61,817 nt of DNA, filler included, from Sphacelaria rigidula (GCA_964200075.2; 9 parts of 9 records of this genome joined end to end with filler, not necessarily neighbours in it), one strand, 5' to 3'. Positions 39,201 to 52,844 are shown, numbered from the whole stretch's first letter. Program-made: numbers and translations. The notes: a model not told the origin generated them from the letters alone.

Positions 39201-40107
39201 TGTGTGCTGAAATCTTCAAATCTTGGAACTTGTAGGATCACTGCTACTGCTGCTGGCGCGATCACTGCTACTGTAAAACTGGTGCACTGTTGGGCTGTAC
39301 TGTAACGTGACGGCGATGTCCTGCTGGTCGCCGCTTGTGCACGGTTAGCTAGGACGTGCGGCGTATGCGCGGCAATGGCCTCCTTCTATGTTGTCGCTGT
39401 CTGCCCACGAACACCACGTTATTTCGAATACCCCTGAAGAGCTCGCTCATATGGCGTCCATCTTGAGGTCCAGTTGGTCGAGGGGCAAAGGTATTAGCAA
39501 AGGTGCACTTACGTACTTATGACACTTTTACAGGCGCAGATCTGGGTAGCAATGTAAGCTGTTCCAAGTACGACCATCTGATCGGCCGGGACGGCAGGAT
39601 GGATGGGATGCCTTCAGATGGCGGCGACATCGCACCTGCACCAGAAATCGTCTAATTCGCTCCCCCCAGCCGATAGGTCTGCCTGAAATTTGTGTGTACC
39701 TGAGAACGGTGATGAAAATAGTAGCTGAAAATGGCCAATGGCATAAAAAAATGTCGGCAGGCAACACCCAGCGGCCAGCCACGAACAGTTCGGTTGTTGT
39801 CGGGCGATCTTCCGCGATTGATTGTCATTCCCAAGTACTCGCGGAGGTTCAGGTGCAGGCTAGCGAGGAAATGGATGATTTCAGGTACAGCTATTGGCTT
39901 CTCCGTCGTGATTACCGAAGCGAGTGCATCCCGGACACCTGTGTCTGCTATCCTAGACCTGGGATTTCAGGTGCATTACCAAGTAATTTGTTTTATCTCT
40001 GAAAACGAGTCCTGTGTGCCAAGCGTTCAAGATTTCTGTGTACAAGATATGCCTGGCCACCGTTATGACGTGAGTTTCGTTACTGATGCATTCCTGCTTT
40101 CGCGCAG

Positions 40108-40988
40108 GTGTGATTGGGGGCGCTAATTTGGTCGGCTTTGGCATCACCGCCAGCACCAAGACTCACAAAATCACCGATCTCACGGGAGCAGGAGCATTCG
40201 TGCTGTCTGCGGCCGCCTGCGCGTGGTAACTTGGTTCCCGAAGAGTCGGGTTGCACGGTGTTTCGGGGTTGAATAGTTGCCATTGCACACCACCCCATCC
40301 TTCGGGGAGCTCCGGGGTGCTTTGGTCTGTGGCTGCATACTGTAGTCAGTGCTATCATGACTATTATGGTCATTTCCCCCGCATTTCGAGATTGGGCAGC
40401 TCGACAACCGAAACATTGTAGATATGGATAGCGTATGCCTTTCAAGTGTCGAAGACAATCAAGTACAATACCAGCGTACCTCGGATCTGCTCATGTCGTG
40501 TGGATCTTCCACCATTTCTGGTCATGCCCGGTCGTCTTGTTGGTCTCTGCTCGCTTGGTAGAACTATGTTTACTGTTTCGATCTCGACCCGTCTTGTCAT
40601 CATAGCAATGATAGCATATGCTTGGACCGGGAGAATATTCGTACTCGTACATCCATCCCCTCGAAGACCACCCTCACACGAACCGTCACAACTACTGCGA
40701 TAACGAGAACGATAATGATGACAGCAAAGCATGCTGACGGCCCCGGCTTATGAGGCACCGACACTTCTCCGCCCGAGGACGATCAGCTCTGCCGAAGTTA
40801 TTGAATTCCTGTGAAAGTTGACACTTCAGATGCAGTAATGTCCATACAATTCGGCTCAATCCTTGGTTTGAACAGGAAATCGGGTTCGTTCGCCAGCCGT
40901 GCATTGCGGCCGATGCTGCTCAACGTTGCCGTCGGTTTATGGGGGGTACGGCTAGCAGGTTACCTGTTCCAGCGGATCCTGAAAACAG
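40108..40988 (+). CDS. DUF1295 / steroid 5-alpha-reductase-like membrane protein, partial (2 exons)
   Basis: Exons 40108-40225 (VIGGANLVGFGITASTKTHKITDLTGAGAFVLSAAACA) and 40876-40988 (KSGSFASRALRPMLLNVAVGLWGVRLAGYLFQRILKT) join through a split Trp codon. KITDLTG and WGVRLxxYLFxRI resemble DUF1295 motifs. A possible first exon is 39451-39490 (MASILRSSWSRGK). The 3' part lies beyond the scaffold end. Confidence 0.78.
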
Positions 40989-41180
40989 GTGTGTCTCCGG
41001 TGTGTCTTCGGGGGAGGCAGTACGAGTATCAAAAGTTGATACAGGCTGGTTCACGGTGATCACCCAAAATTGTGTCATCAGCAAATGCCTTCCGCAATAC
41101 GCACCCAATAGTCGCATATATGGTGTCATACTGACCGCAATGAAGAGACGAAGAGGGTGACATGGCCGGATTTTTGTTCA

Positions 41181-41280
41181 NNNNNNNNNNNNNNNNNNNN
41201 NNNNNNNNNNNNNNNNNNNNNNNNTTAATTAATTAANNNNNNNNNNNNNNNNNNNNNNNNNNNNNNNNNNNNNNNNNNNN
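41181..41280. other. Artificial scaffold spacer
   Basis: N44-TTAATTAATTAA-N44. Confidence 0.99.
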
Positions 41281-41592
41281 CACGGCTTATACACTGCCTC
41301 ATGGGTGTTTCACCATTTGAACGCTACTTAGTACGATCATCCCCATTGTGCGGAGTTGAGATTTCCCCACGAGCATGGGGGGGGGGCTTTGATCGGTGAG
41401 GTGCGCCCATATTTCAAGTTGGCATAATGTAATGTTCGTCCATATTAGCCACCCCACCGGCAGGCGCGGATGTTCTTCTGCGGGCATTATTGGGTATTTG
41501 TTTTGCTCAAAGTTTCAGGACCATTCTCGCATTTAAAATCAAGTCGTCAAAAAATATTTGCGATAGCATGAGTGGGTTCGATGCGATTGACA

Positions 41593-43098
41593 TTAACCCT
41601 TTTGGAACTCACAATGGAAAATTGATCATTTGCAATTGACGGTTTTTGAGCAAGATATGGTAGATGGTTCATTAGCTTAGACGCAACAATTTTGGCTAAA
41701 CGCGTATTTTTCAGACCCGTACGAGTGACAAGTGGAACAAGAGAAGGTTTCCTATTCTCTTGCTGCGATCCGTCGGCTTTTTTTTCTACACTCATGAGGT
41801 CCTTGCTCGGCCACAGTGCGCGGCAGGCCACTGTGAAGCATGCTTCCGGCCTGACCTGCACGCCCTGCCCGCTGCAGTTTATACTCTTTGCAGTGTCATA
41901 GCAACAAGGGCAGCGCCGATGGCACATTCGCTCAATGTATGAACTGGTGGTATGCAATCCCAGGGAGTCACCTTTCCGTGCCGCCGGGGGTGCTGCGACA
42001 CTGCCATGTACAGTACTGGGTGTTTTTACAGCAGTTTGGGGTAATCTCGACTGCAGACTCACGTCATGCACAACATCGCGCTCATGCACGTTCCGTCAGC
42101 ACCACCCCATACTTCGCAAAATGAGTAAAGGCGACGCAGACGTCATGTGCCCTGCAGTTATGCACCGTCACTGTGGTGTAGAGTCTGCCCAGTGCCGTCG
42201 CCCCGGGGGTGATACCTTAGTGCTTCGTGTCATATCTGTATTGTATTTTGAAAATATCTCTGTAAAACGCGGGGCATGCACAGAACTGCGCTCTGCCAAG
42301 TACGTGCCGACAACATCATACTTCAGGCTGACTATTACACAACGGCGTAGCGAAAGGCACAGTTGCCCCACCACATCTATACCACGGGTTGATCGTTCCC
42401 GACCGTTGCATAGACATACTTCATGCTGCATGAGGTTCATGACGCCGGCTACCGCTATCGTCTCGTGCCGTCTACTCTCGTGGCCGACTTTTCACGACAT
42501 GCCCATACTTATCTTGCACGGAGTGTAGCCTCAAGTCAATACTGTAACCTACTGTATTTACTGACTGTAGGGTTTTTCATCTGGCCTGATTACGGTGGGC
42601 GGTGTCCGTCAGCTCCCTCCCGTGTACATGTATATCGCCTGTTCGGACGCCTGCGATTACACCCGCCATGTACCGCCCGCACAACCTACCGTGCCTTCCA
42701 CGTGTGGTGCCGGGATTTCGCTGGGTTCAGCCATAGTGTGCTGTATGTACGGTGTGGCTTGGCAATTTCGCCACCCGATGCTGCAGCCCGTCAAATGCTA
42801 ATATACAAACGTGCCAGGTTGGGCCCTGGAGCCCATTGCTATTTTTTTAATGGAATGTTTCATAGTGGTTTTGCTGATTTTTGTCGATGGATATAATTGG
42901 ACACACTTCATCCGTTGCGTGGTATGATTGGAAAAACCTTACCCAAATTCTCCAGGGAGGACATTCTTCTCCGGGCTTCCATTATAAAAATGGTTGCCGT
43001 CGGCCTATTCTGTTTCCATGCTTTCCTCTTCGTCAGGGCTTCTCATAGTAAGGCGTTTGGCCAGGGGACAGGAGGAGAGGGTTCCAAAAGGGTTAATT
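41593..43098 (+). mobile_element. Fragment of the mariner-like family interior, split by a ~1.06-kb insertion
   Basis: 41593-41757 matches ~48785-48946 and 42825-43098 matches ~48967-49268. The sequence between them is absent from the other copy. Confidence 0.6.
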
Positions 43099-43589
43099 AG
43101 CTCAAAAAAAGACCGTTTTGCCGTCGGGCAGTTGGGAAGTACGCCTCAAAAATGAAGGGGCAACGACAGAGTACTGCAGCGCAGTCACATTGTATCGCTG
43201 ACGGCACCCTATCGACGCTGTAACAATGTACCGTGTCGCGGGTTCAACATCGAACCCCACGGCGAGTGTGACGGTCTACCCTACCGTTCGTGTAGCTTCG
43301 TACCCCACTGCGAATGTAAATCGCCCACTCTCGTCGGTATAACATTTCACCCCGTCGCGGGTATAACATCGTACACTATCGCTGGCTTCACGAGAGCTAG
43401 AAAATTCGTTCAAGTTGGGCCAATTTTCAAGGGTTGTATGTAGCATAGGTAGCCGGCAACGGCTTGTAAAGCCAGTAACGGCAAATAATGATTTGAAACC
43501 ATTATCCAAAATTTCCATACAAACATCACCATTATTACCATTATAATGGTAATGGCCAGTTATAACTGGTACCATTTCCGAGCTCTACT

Positions 43590-44125
43590 TCGTACACTAT
43601 CGCGGGTGTAGCATTGAACCCTACCGCGGGTGCAACATTGCACCCTCTCGCGGGCGTGACCCTGTACCCCATCGCGGGTGTAACTATCGCGCGTGTGGCA
43701 TTGTACCCAACCGCGGATGTAACGTTGCGCCCTGTCGCGGGAGTAGAGTACTGTACCCTACCCGCAGGTGCAATATTGCACCCTATCCCAAGTATGGCCC
43801 TGTACCCCATCGTGGGTGTAACTATCGTGGGGTAGCAATGTACCCTACCCGCGGGTGCAACATTGCACCCTATCGCGAGTGTGACCCTGTACCTCACCGC
43901 GGGTGTAGTTTGGCACACTACCGCGGGTGTAGCATTGTACTGTACCGCGAGTGTAGTCCTGTGCCCTATCACGCGTGTAACTTTGTACTCTATCGCCCGT
44001 ATGACCATACACGCCACCGTAGGTGTGACATTGTACTCTGTCGCCGGGTGCAACTCTCAACCTGCATAGCACATGTAACAGTGTGACCTATCCCGTATTT
44101 GGCGATTGCACGTTATCGCGGGTGT
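43590..44125. repeat. Degenerate minisatellite, ~22-24-bp unit (GTACCCTATCGCGGGTGTAACATT-like)
   Basis: About 20 head-to-tail variants with no unique spacers. More diverged units occur at 43185-43385. Confidence 0.85.
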
Positions 44126-44693
44126 CATCATGAACTCCTGGCTCAACAGTGCGTCCTATCAATCGCGGGCATGAAAGCTTCAAGGGTCGGTTGTAACAAA
44201 ACCAAATCTGCGATTTCTGGGGTCTGTTCGATCGAAAAGAGAGAAAAACGTTGACTGCGGGCCAATAATATCTCTACGCGAAATTTCGCACACTCTGGAC
44301 AACGACCAAATAATACATTGTCAAGAAGTATACTGTGTAAAATATGGAATATATTGTCCATCGCAATAGACGCAATAGTCAACACTGTGCGCAGTTCACT
44401 TTGTAGAAAGTAATATTTTGCCATTATCCAGGTAGTTGAATGAGTTTGTTTGACGTGAGTTGACGCGGTGCAGGAGTGCTGACCCAATCCGCGAGACCAA
44501 TATGCACGGCGTGTACCGGGGAGAGATGGGTTGATTGATCCCTTGAGACCACGGACTCATCCCGAGGAAGGGGAGGGGATTCAAGTGCGGCAAATTAAAA
44601 AAATGAAATATGAAGAATGAAAATTACTTCCAAGTGCGACAAATTAAAATCAAAATTATAATCAAAATTAAACTGAAAGTCGAAAAAATAAAT

Positions 44694-44788
44694 AGAAATT
44701 AGAAATTAGAAATTAGAAATTAGAAATTAGAAACTAGAAATTAGAAATTAGAAATTAGAAATTAGAAATTGGAAATTAGAAATCGAAA
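44694..44788. repeat. (AGAAATT)n heptamer microsatellite
   Basis: About 13 tandem units in the intron following the gyrA exon 44992-45107. Confidence 0.92.
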
Positions 44789-44991
44789 ATCATCATTTAT
44801 AAATAAGTAAATAAATAAATAAGTAGGGTGTAAAAAAATTGCTCTATTTCACGTGCCTGGGTTGCGCGCGGATTTGGGCTGAAATACTTAAGACGAATCG
44901 CAAGGCCTGACTCGTGCGGTAAGAATCAATCACACTAAAAGCAAGTAATTTTCAGACGAATTATTAACCGTCCGCCTCTGCGAAAGCTCAC

Positions 44992-47833
44992 CCTCGTCAG
45001 GCTTGATCAGGCTCCTGCGGGGCACGGCATGCTTGTTCTTGAGCTGAGTCATCTCGTCCACGATCAGGTCGAACACCTTTTCGTCCTGCGTCATCAGCGC
45101 CTCCAGCCTGCGTTTTTTTTGCGTCGTCCCCCAGACACGTTTATTTTCAACCCATTAGATTACGTCACACATCAATTTTCATTTCGCCGTTTTCAAAATC
45201 ATCACAACAAGCATGCTTCACCCACACACCGCGTTATCAAACATGTCGAGACATTCACTCCAGCGGCGGTCATTTATTCACTATGACTAGTCATGGATTT
45301 CACCGCCACCTTTCAAGAATCTGTATCCCATATTAGGCATACTATGACTGAGAATAGTCATATCTCCGAGGTCAGAATTTCAAAAAAGAGTTTTATCGCA
45401 GTCATTGATAGTAGAAGAAAAAAAATGCACAACGCATACACGAGATCCAGGAGTTATCTAGGACTCCCTCCGTCCCGGCTTCATAGGGACGCGAGGTCAA
45501 TAATGGTCTCACGACTATGGCATGCATGATCAGGAGTACATCTCCCCGACCCCCCAATTAACGACAACATCGGCTGCACCCACGACACCGATAGCTGCAT
45601 CGTTGGCACAAATCTCGTTGGGGTTCGAAAACATATCACCAGAGGGTTAGAAAAATAAAAATGAAAATGCTCACGTCTACCTGCTCCCCTTTCTATGGAC
45701 GCGTACCAGGTCTTACGGGACCAGTCCCCCTCTCTCCCCCGGTACACGTCTCCTTTTGGTGTATGGATAGGACAGTTAGGCGATGATATACAGCGTACGC
45801 TGCGCAGTGCTGTAGGGTCCGGATTGGTTGATTCATTTATAAATTAATTTATCGTTTGATATATTGATTCATTGATTGATTTCTTGATTGGGCGATTGAG
45901 TGAGTGAGTGAGGCCGCTCCCTATAACCAGAAATCTGGGAAAATGCCTTTTTGGAGCTTTTACGTCGTTTTACGCCCCAGAAGAGAGCTAGGCGGATTTT
46001 GACATATTAGAATGACTTCCTCCACTAGTTGGGGCGGTTCCAGGACATCTTCCCGTTTTCGGTGGCCGCAGTTTTATTTTGAAGCGGAAACCCCGCCGAG
46101 GCATTACAATCACTTGATTTTTGTGTGGAAGCCCAAAAAACAAGAACTCGTAATTTATGCGAATCATATGCGCGCATAAAAAGCAATAGCCTAGTCACGT
46201 ACGCCCTTACGCTTTCAGCGGCGGAACTGAGATACTTCCAAGAAAAACCTCAAACACATCTGGCGGGAATCGAACACGCGCGCGTCCTTTCCAATCCAGG
46301 GGTGTCAGCTGGATTATGATCATTACATCACCGGGGCGCGGCGAGATTTGATTTTGATAGATTGATTGATTAGTTAATTGACTGACTGTCGTACTTTAAC
46401 TGACCCCCTAGGTAGTCATGATCCAGCCGTGGTTATTATCCATATGATGGGCGTACCCGAGACAAAACAAAACTGAAACGCTCGCTGAAGAGAAGTGAAG
46501 AAAGATTTGTACTTGCAAAGATTACCCCTTGCTTGATAATCTACTTATTCTGAGTCCTACGCAGGATCGAGTGACGGACACCGCGGCGAACGTGTTTCTA
46601 CACAACCCACAGAGGAATACATTGGTCACTCTTCCACAGTTGACCATCTTGTGTAACTACACAGTAGCCTGGTTCTTGTTCGCTTGTACTACCTTGCTAT
46701 GCGACCATTACAACATTTTTTTCTCTCGTCACATATTCAAAAAAATCCCCTCCGCTTTCTCGAGATTCTCCATCTCGAAAAGGTTGTGTGGTCCATGGTC
46801 AAACGCCTGAGGCAAGCAACAAATGTCCCCCCTTGCCCCCCTCCCCCCAAGCCTGGCCCGGCGAAAACCTGGCCCGGCGAAAACCTGGCGGGCGCCGTCC
46901 CGGCTTTGTAGAGATGCGAGGTCAATGGTCGTATGACGACGGCGTGCAATATCATGACTACACCCCCCGCCCCTCCTTGTCGGGACGAGTCCATAGTCTC
47001 AAGAGAGCAACCCATCTTATCCCTCCCCCGGTACACGCCTTACGTTTTGCAAGATGGCAAGCTTCAAAATGAAGTTGATTGCCCGTGTTGACTCGGCAAG
47101 GCTCGAGGAGATAGCTCAGTACACTATATTACACTGAGTATATTACACAAAGTACACGTCAGAATCTCGTGCAAGCCCTGAGTGACGCCGCGATAGCCCC
47201 CCCCCCCGCACCCACCCAGGAAGGTGGCTAGTTTGAGGGCGTCAAATCTACACGTGAACCATCATGACGAAAGCCGAGCACACCGAGCAGCTGGGAACTC
47301 TCGCGCTTGGCATCGTATCCACCGATGTCGCCATTATGAGGCGCTTCGTGCACTCGGAAACAAGATATCGTGAGCTGTATGGCCATTTTCGTCCGTGCCA
47401 GTTTTGGGGGCTGAATTGGGAGGGGAAGGGGGGGGGGGCTATCACGACGTTAGCCCTCTCTTATGACTTCCACCCACCAACCTCCTCCCCCACGAGATGG
47501 TGATTAAAACTCTGCTTCGTTTCACCACTCGCACACCTGTACCTATTCCCTATTCCCTATCCTTTAAGGGCGGTGATTTGAGACGTACCGATGAACATCA
47601 ACATACACCGCAACCGATCATTGCAAAATTCCTTGATGAAATCTGAACCAAAAAACGGAACACCACCGTACCTCTCCATGCTAGCTTTCAAGTCAGCGGC
47701 CTCCTCCCTGAGCTTCCCTTCCTCCATAGACGTCAGCCGCGCCAACCTCAACCCCAAGATGGCATCCGCTTGTTCGTGGGACAGGTCGTACGGCGCGGCC
47801 ATCAAACCACCCCGTGCCTCCGGCGTGTCCTTG
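44992..47833 (-). CDS. gyrA: DNA gyrase subunit A (likely organelle-targeted), two consecutive internal exons
   Basis: Exon 47833-47672 (KDTPEARGGLMAAPYDLSHEQADAILGLRLARLTSMEEGKLREEAADLKASME) and exon 45107-44992 (LEALMTQDEKVFDLIVDEMTQLKNKHAVPRRSLIKPDE) have CAG/GT boundaries and join through a split Arg codon. They match the GyrA/ParC coiled-coil region LSxxQAxAILxxRLxxLT...PRR(T/S)xI. Confidence 0.85.
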
Positions 47834-48059
47834 CTGTACGCAATTTATGCAAGGAATGGCGGGTTGTGTTTCAATTCAAGGGCTTGCCGGGTGGGGTGTA
47901 TACCCGATATTTTGTATTTTTGAAAAGTCGCACATCACCTACCCACGTCAGTCACAATGGTTTGTATGGGCTTTTATGTTTATGTTCATGTTTCAAGGGT
48001 CGGACAAATAATGATTCGTCTGTAAATTACTTGGTTTTAGTATAATGAGTCGACTCGTT

Positions 48060-48159
48060 NNNNNNNNNNNNNNNNNNNNNNNNNNNNNNNNNNNNNNNNN
48101 NNNTTAATTAATTAANNNNNNNNNNNNNNNNNNNNNNNNNNNNNNNNNNNNNNNNNNNN
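48060..48159. other. Artificial scaffold spacer
   Basis: N44-TTAATTAATTAA-N44. Confidence 0.99.
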
Positions 48160-48465
48160 CCGCCAATTTATTACCGCCCAAAGTACTTTCTGTCGGCGTT
48201 GTACGTTTTACCGCCCTATGGTGTTGTTACCGCCGTATTGTTTTACCGCCGCCATATTTGGTACTACCGTGTACCGCCGAAGGCGGTACCGTCATATTGC
48301 CAGCCGCCGAAAAATTACCCTACCGTCAACCGCCGAAGGCGGTACCGTCAAAAAACGAGAAACCGCCTTCCACCAAACATTCCCGTCATATTGCGGTACC
48401 GCCCCGCCTAGTACCGCCTCAAAAACCGTTCCCGAGGAGTACCCTGAAAATTACCGCACCGCGTC
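48160..48465. repeat. Cluster of dispersed (T)ACCGC/ACCGT motifs, probably subterminal repeats of a DNA transposon
   Basis: More than 15 TACCGCC/ACCGT/GGCGGTA motifs in about 300 bp. Confidence 0.5.
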
Positions 48466-48624
48466 GACTAAGGTCGCACTTATGTCTCCGAGTATTCAGA
48501 CCATTAGTCGTACAATTTTTCATCTTTCTGCAGTTCAAAAAGTGATTTGAACATGTCCGCACGGTGTCCTGTTCCCGAGAACTTGCGGAACTGGTCCTGC
48601 TCGCATCAGGGCGGGTTAGTCATA

Positions 48625-50322
48625 CGAGGTGGGCCAGCCTACAAGCGGATGTGTAGTTCGTAGGCGGATTCGCATTTTTTTACTTGGAGGTGGACAGTGA
48701 ATGGACAATCAACAGGGCGTGAAAAAAAGCTGTCTGTGGGGTCCCAATTTTTTTTTGTAGTTCAACGGCATTTTATTGAACCTGAACCCTTACGGAACTC
48801 ACTATGGAAAATCGATCCTTTGAAATTGACGGTTTTTAAGAAAGATATGGTTGACTTCTTGTAGCTCAGACGCAACAACATTCACCCGATGCGTATTTTT
48901 CAGAACCGTGGGAGTGACAAGTGGAACAAAAGGAGGTTTCCTATTCACCGATGTGCTTCATCGTATCCTGGAACCCATTGCTGTCTTTTGGATGGAAGGT
49001 TTCATTGTGTTTCGCTGATTATTGTGGATGGATACAATTGGACACGCTTCATCCGCTGCGTGGTTTGATCGGACAAACCTCACCCGACCTCTCCAGGGAA
49101 GGCATTTTTCCTGTACCCGCAGCGTGTGCTACTAGATTCTTCGTCGGTCTTCCATTATAAAATGGATTATGTCGGCCTTTTCTGCTTTTTCCTTTCCCTC
49201 TATGTCAGGGCTTTTCATAATGAGGCCTTTGGCCGGGGGAGAGGAGGGGAGGATTCCAAAAGGGTTAGAACTGATTATTCCCCTTAACTCATGAAAAAAA
49301 CTTGGAACCCCACAGACAGCTTTTCCTGATGCCCTGTTGATTGTCCATACCAAAGTCCACTGTCCACCTCTCAGTCAAAAGTTGCGAATTCGCCATTTGA
49401 AAACCGGGCCGGCGGAAATCCGGAACAATATTTTGCAGGCCGTTTACCGGCCCACGTTGGATATTGGTATATTAAAACTTTTCGCGGGACCTCGCTAAAT
49501 CATGATGAATCAAGGAAAATGGGTAAGGTTTTTCATCCATTTTTTTTCACTGGTCGAGGGCGTTTTAGTATGGCAACGGCCATTGTTTTACGCGAACGCC
49601 CGAACCCCCCCCCCCCAAAAAAAAAAAACGAAGGCCCATTTTTTTCTTCATTCAGCTTACCTCTGTCGTTCCCCATGCTACGTTTCAAGTGTCATTTTTT
49701 AAAATTGAGCTAAACAAATGAGATCATGCCCAACAGCAATGTCAATTTCTCCTCAAAACTCCCCTAAAAACACGAGAAAATTGGGAAAAAAAAAACGACA
49801 AAAAAGAAAGAGCTGTATGTTTTTTTTCATGATGCACTAGCGGGTTCTCCATACCAAATTTCGTGGCACAACTCCCTATAACTCCATACCAAATTCCGTG
49901 GCACAACTCCCAATAACTGAGACGCGATATTGGGATTTAGGTCATTTAGTGCCTCTGCTTGTAATATACTGATTTATTATGGGACCTTATGTGCGCCATA
50001 TCTCGAGATAGATCACGAACTAGGTAAAGGTGAGGGTATATATCGTCCCTCCGTGCTCCAGGGAAGGTCCACACCAAAAATCGTCATCATCCGCTGAACG
50101 CATCGTTCGGAGTTTCACATAGATTTTAGTGTGGACGCTTTCTCCGTACGGTACAGGAATTACTAGACATGGCGAGAATAAATTGGCCCGGATTTTTGAG
50201 CAGATGGGCACCTTCCCCTTCATAAGATGATTAACAGGATGTGCGGATCATGGCCCATATCATCCATGTCGATGAGTTATTGCTTTGAGAGCTTCAATCC
50301 GTGTCTCGGCTGGCCCAGCTCG
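48625..50322 (+). mobile_element. Complete non-autonomous Tc1/mariner-like element (1698 bp)
   Basis: TA|CGAGGTGGGCCAGCC ... GGCTGGCCCAGCTCG|TA gives 15-bp TIRs (1 mismatch) and a TA duplication. Internal inverted repeat at 48663-49394. No transposase ORF recognised. Confidence 0.8.
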
Positions 50323-52844
50323 TAGCTGGTGAGTTTTTGTTGAAAATGAGGATCTCACAATTTATGCATCATGCTTCCTTTTCTTTGGAGGAGTCGAGAA
50401 GACCTTCAAAAGCGCTGAATTATTATCGAAAAAAACAATGCAAACTTCCCCTCCGGTCGTGATGTCATGTCAGGCTTCGCTTATCCTGAAACGAAACTCC
50501 TTCAATGTCGAAATTCCGTGCTTATTCCGAATATTTTCGACCTCCGTTTTTTCGCGATCTAAATGATCTTCCACGCTTCTCAGAGACTCCGGTGAACACG
50601 AGATTTTTTATCAATTCCGGATAGATGTTTCGTTGGTCATTATGAGATTTCAGAATCTGAGTTACATCATGGAAGAGCATCGCTATATTTTCGAAAGAAA
50701 CCTGCTCATGCACTCTCCGGCCGTGATGTTTAGCCCCGCTATTCCTCGAAGACATTATTTCGTGGAGATCCCGTGTTTTTGTTTTAGTTCGACCCCCGTC
50801 CACCCGTGTACGAGAGAATTTTTGCCAGTCTTGAGAGCTCCCCCTTCAACACGAGATTTTTCAAATTGCGGAGGGAGTTGTGTCGTGGATGAGCGAGGCC
50901 ATACATCGAACCGGGAGATGTGTTTTTTTTTTTTCGAACATATTGTGATCGGTTATGGAATTTCCAAACGGTAATCCTAAGCACAAACAATACACCCGAA
51001 TAATTGCGAGCCTCTCGTGCTTGGCGTCCTCTTCGGCTTTCCCGGAGGTCTAGCAGGAGAAAATCACCATCAGTGTTTTTTTTCTCCAACTAGGGTTGGG
51101 CCGTAACGCGTATCCTTGATCCAATCGCCGACCGTAATCATTTCGTCACAGTTGAAGAAAATGGTACTCATGGTGTTTGTTGTAGCTGCGTCTCCAGGGA
51201 GCGGGAAAGTTCTCCAGATGGGCGTACGTGAGAAGCCCAAACCGCACTGAGGCGAGAAGGACTAGTTTGCGCACTTTTGGCTTAGAGTATCGTACAAGAG
51301 TGCCGAAGTCACCCTTTTCGTGACTCGGGAATGTTCTGTAGAAGAAATTACATGAAGGATGGAAACTAGATTATGCGAAGCAACGATCTGCGCACATCAT
51401 GCACAAATGAAAATATTAAAGGTAATGTGGAACTCGTGACCTCTTCATGGTAATGGAGTCTCCTTCATCACTTTGACCTCCGGGGGGCAGCGATATCATA
51501 CACAAAGTTGCACACATGACCGAACTTGAAATTTTCTCGTTGAAATTTTACATCGATCTTGTGCATGCAAGAAAACAATTCGTGCTCGAAGTAGCGACAG
51601 TTTTAGTGCTTCATTCATGAAGTTATATGACGTCATATTTCTTCGCTGGAATTTAAAATCGCCTCAACTGTTGTTTTTTCATCATTGCTCACATATATCT
51701 CGCGTAATTAATGATAGGAATATATTGCTAAATTTTCAGCGCCAAACTCCTACTATTATCCGGTGCATCATCTTGTTTTTGAATGATTGATGGATTGATG
51801 GATTGATTGAGTGGTTTGTTGTTGCACTTTAACTGACCCCCCAGGGGTCCAGCCGTGGTCATCTGTGATCTGAATGTAGAAACCCGTTGGCCGGTCGAGC
51901 TCGTACTTCCCCTCAAGTATTCTTGAAACGTGAGAAGTGACTCTGTTTTGACTGCCTCACCAGTGCAAAAAGACAGTCCACTATAGAAACGAGATGAAGC
52001 ATACCAGTGTACTGGTCTGTGATACTGTATGAGAACTGTAGCTGCAGCGTCCGTCTCCTTCTCCCGCGTAGGGTATAGATTCAGCAGGTCAGCAGCACGT
52101 AATTTTGAATTGATGTGCTATTTAATGGTGCACATCTTGTACGGTGTCACAGCAACGCCTTCTGCTATCTAGCACACCCGAATTTATTGCTTTTAACTCG
52201 CGAAATGGGTGGAAGAGGGAAGGAATTACGGCGCAGCAGCAAGCAGAACGGGGGGCATGAGTCGCGGATGATTCGCCGCAAGTCCTCGGTTCGAGTAGCA
52301 AGGGGCTTAGAAATATCTATACTTCCGGTGAACGTGCTGCCGGGGGTGGTGTACTACTGACGGGGGGAAAAAGACCATGGCCGCTGTAATCCTCGAAATT
52401 TGATACTCTTGTGCTTGACTGTTGGTTTGATTCATGTATCACCCTCACCGCACAGTACGGTGCATGAATACCAAATCGATGTTAGTAATGACCTGGTTTG
52501 GTATGTGTATAAATGTGTGTGGACTATTTCCTCGGCGTCGAAGTCTGCTGTCTTGGAAACAAAAGTAAGGAACGCTGGTATATGACCACCTTGTATGATC
52601 ACTGTATGACAGAAAGACTGACGCTTGAGGGGAGGCATGGCTTTGTGTGCGATATTCGTCACTCATTTGAAAGACCGATACGTTGCGAATCGCGCGGGTC
52701 GCTCGGGTGTACCTTGGACAGTTTTCACGACCACTTCTGTGACCACTGGTATTGCTGTGAATCAGTCCTCACTGTGCATCTGAATCCCTCTGGTTGGCAT
52801 AAAAAATATTTTTCCTTTTTTAATGTTCGTGTGAATGCGTACAG

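Noticed and set aside
36750-39300. Additional exons upstream of the DUF1295 gene
   Set aside because: Several AG/GT-bounded frames exist, but none gives a recognisable protein or a consistent phase chain.
43590-44125. CRISPR-like repeat array
   Set aside because: Units are head-to-tail and degenerate, there are no unique spacers or cas genes, and the context is eukaryotic.
50330-51400. Possible transposase or LRR exons upstream of the ROCO exon
   Set aside because: No DDE, LRR or other motif was recognisable in the frames I read.
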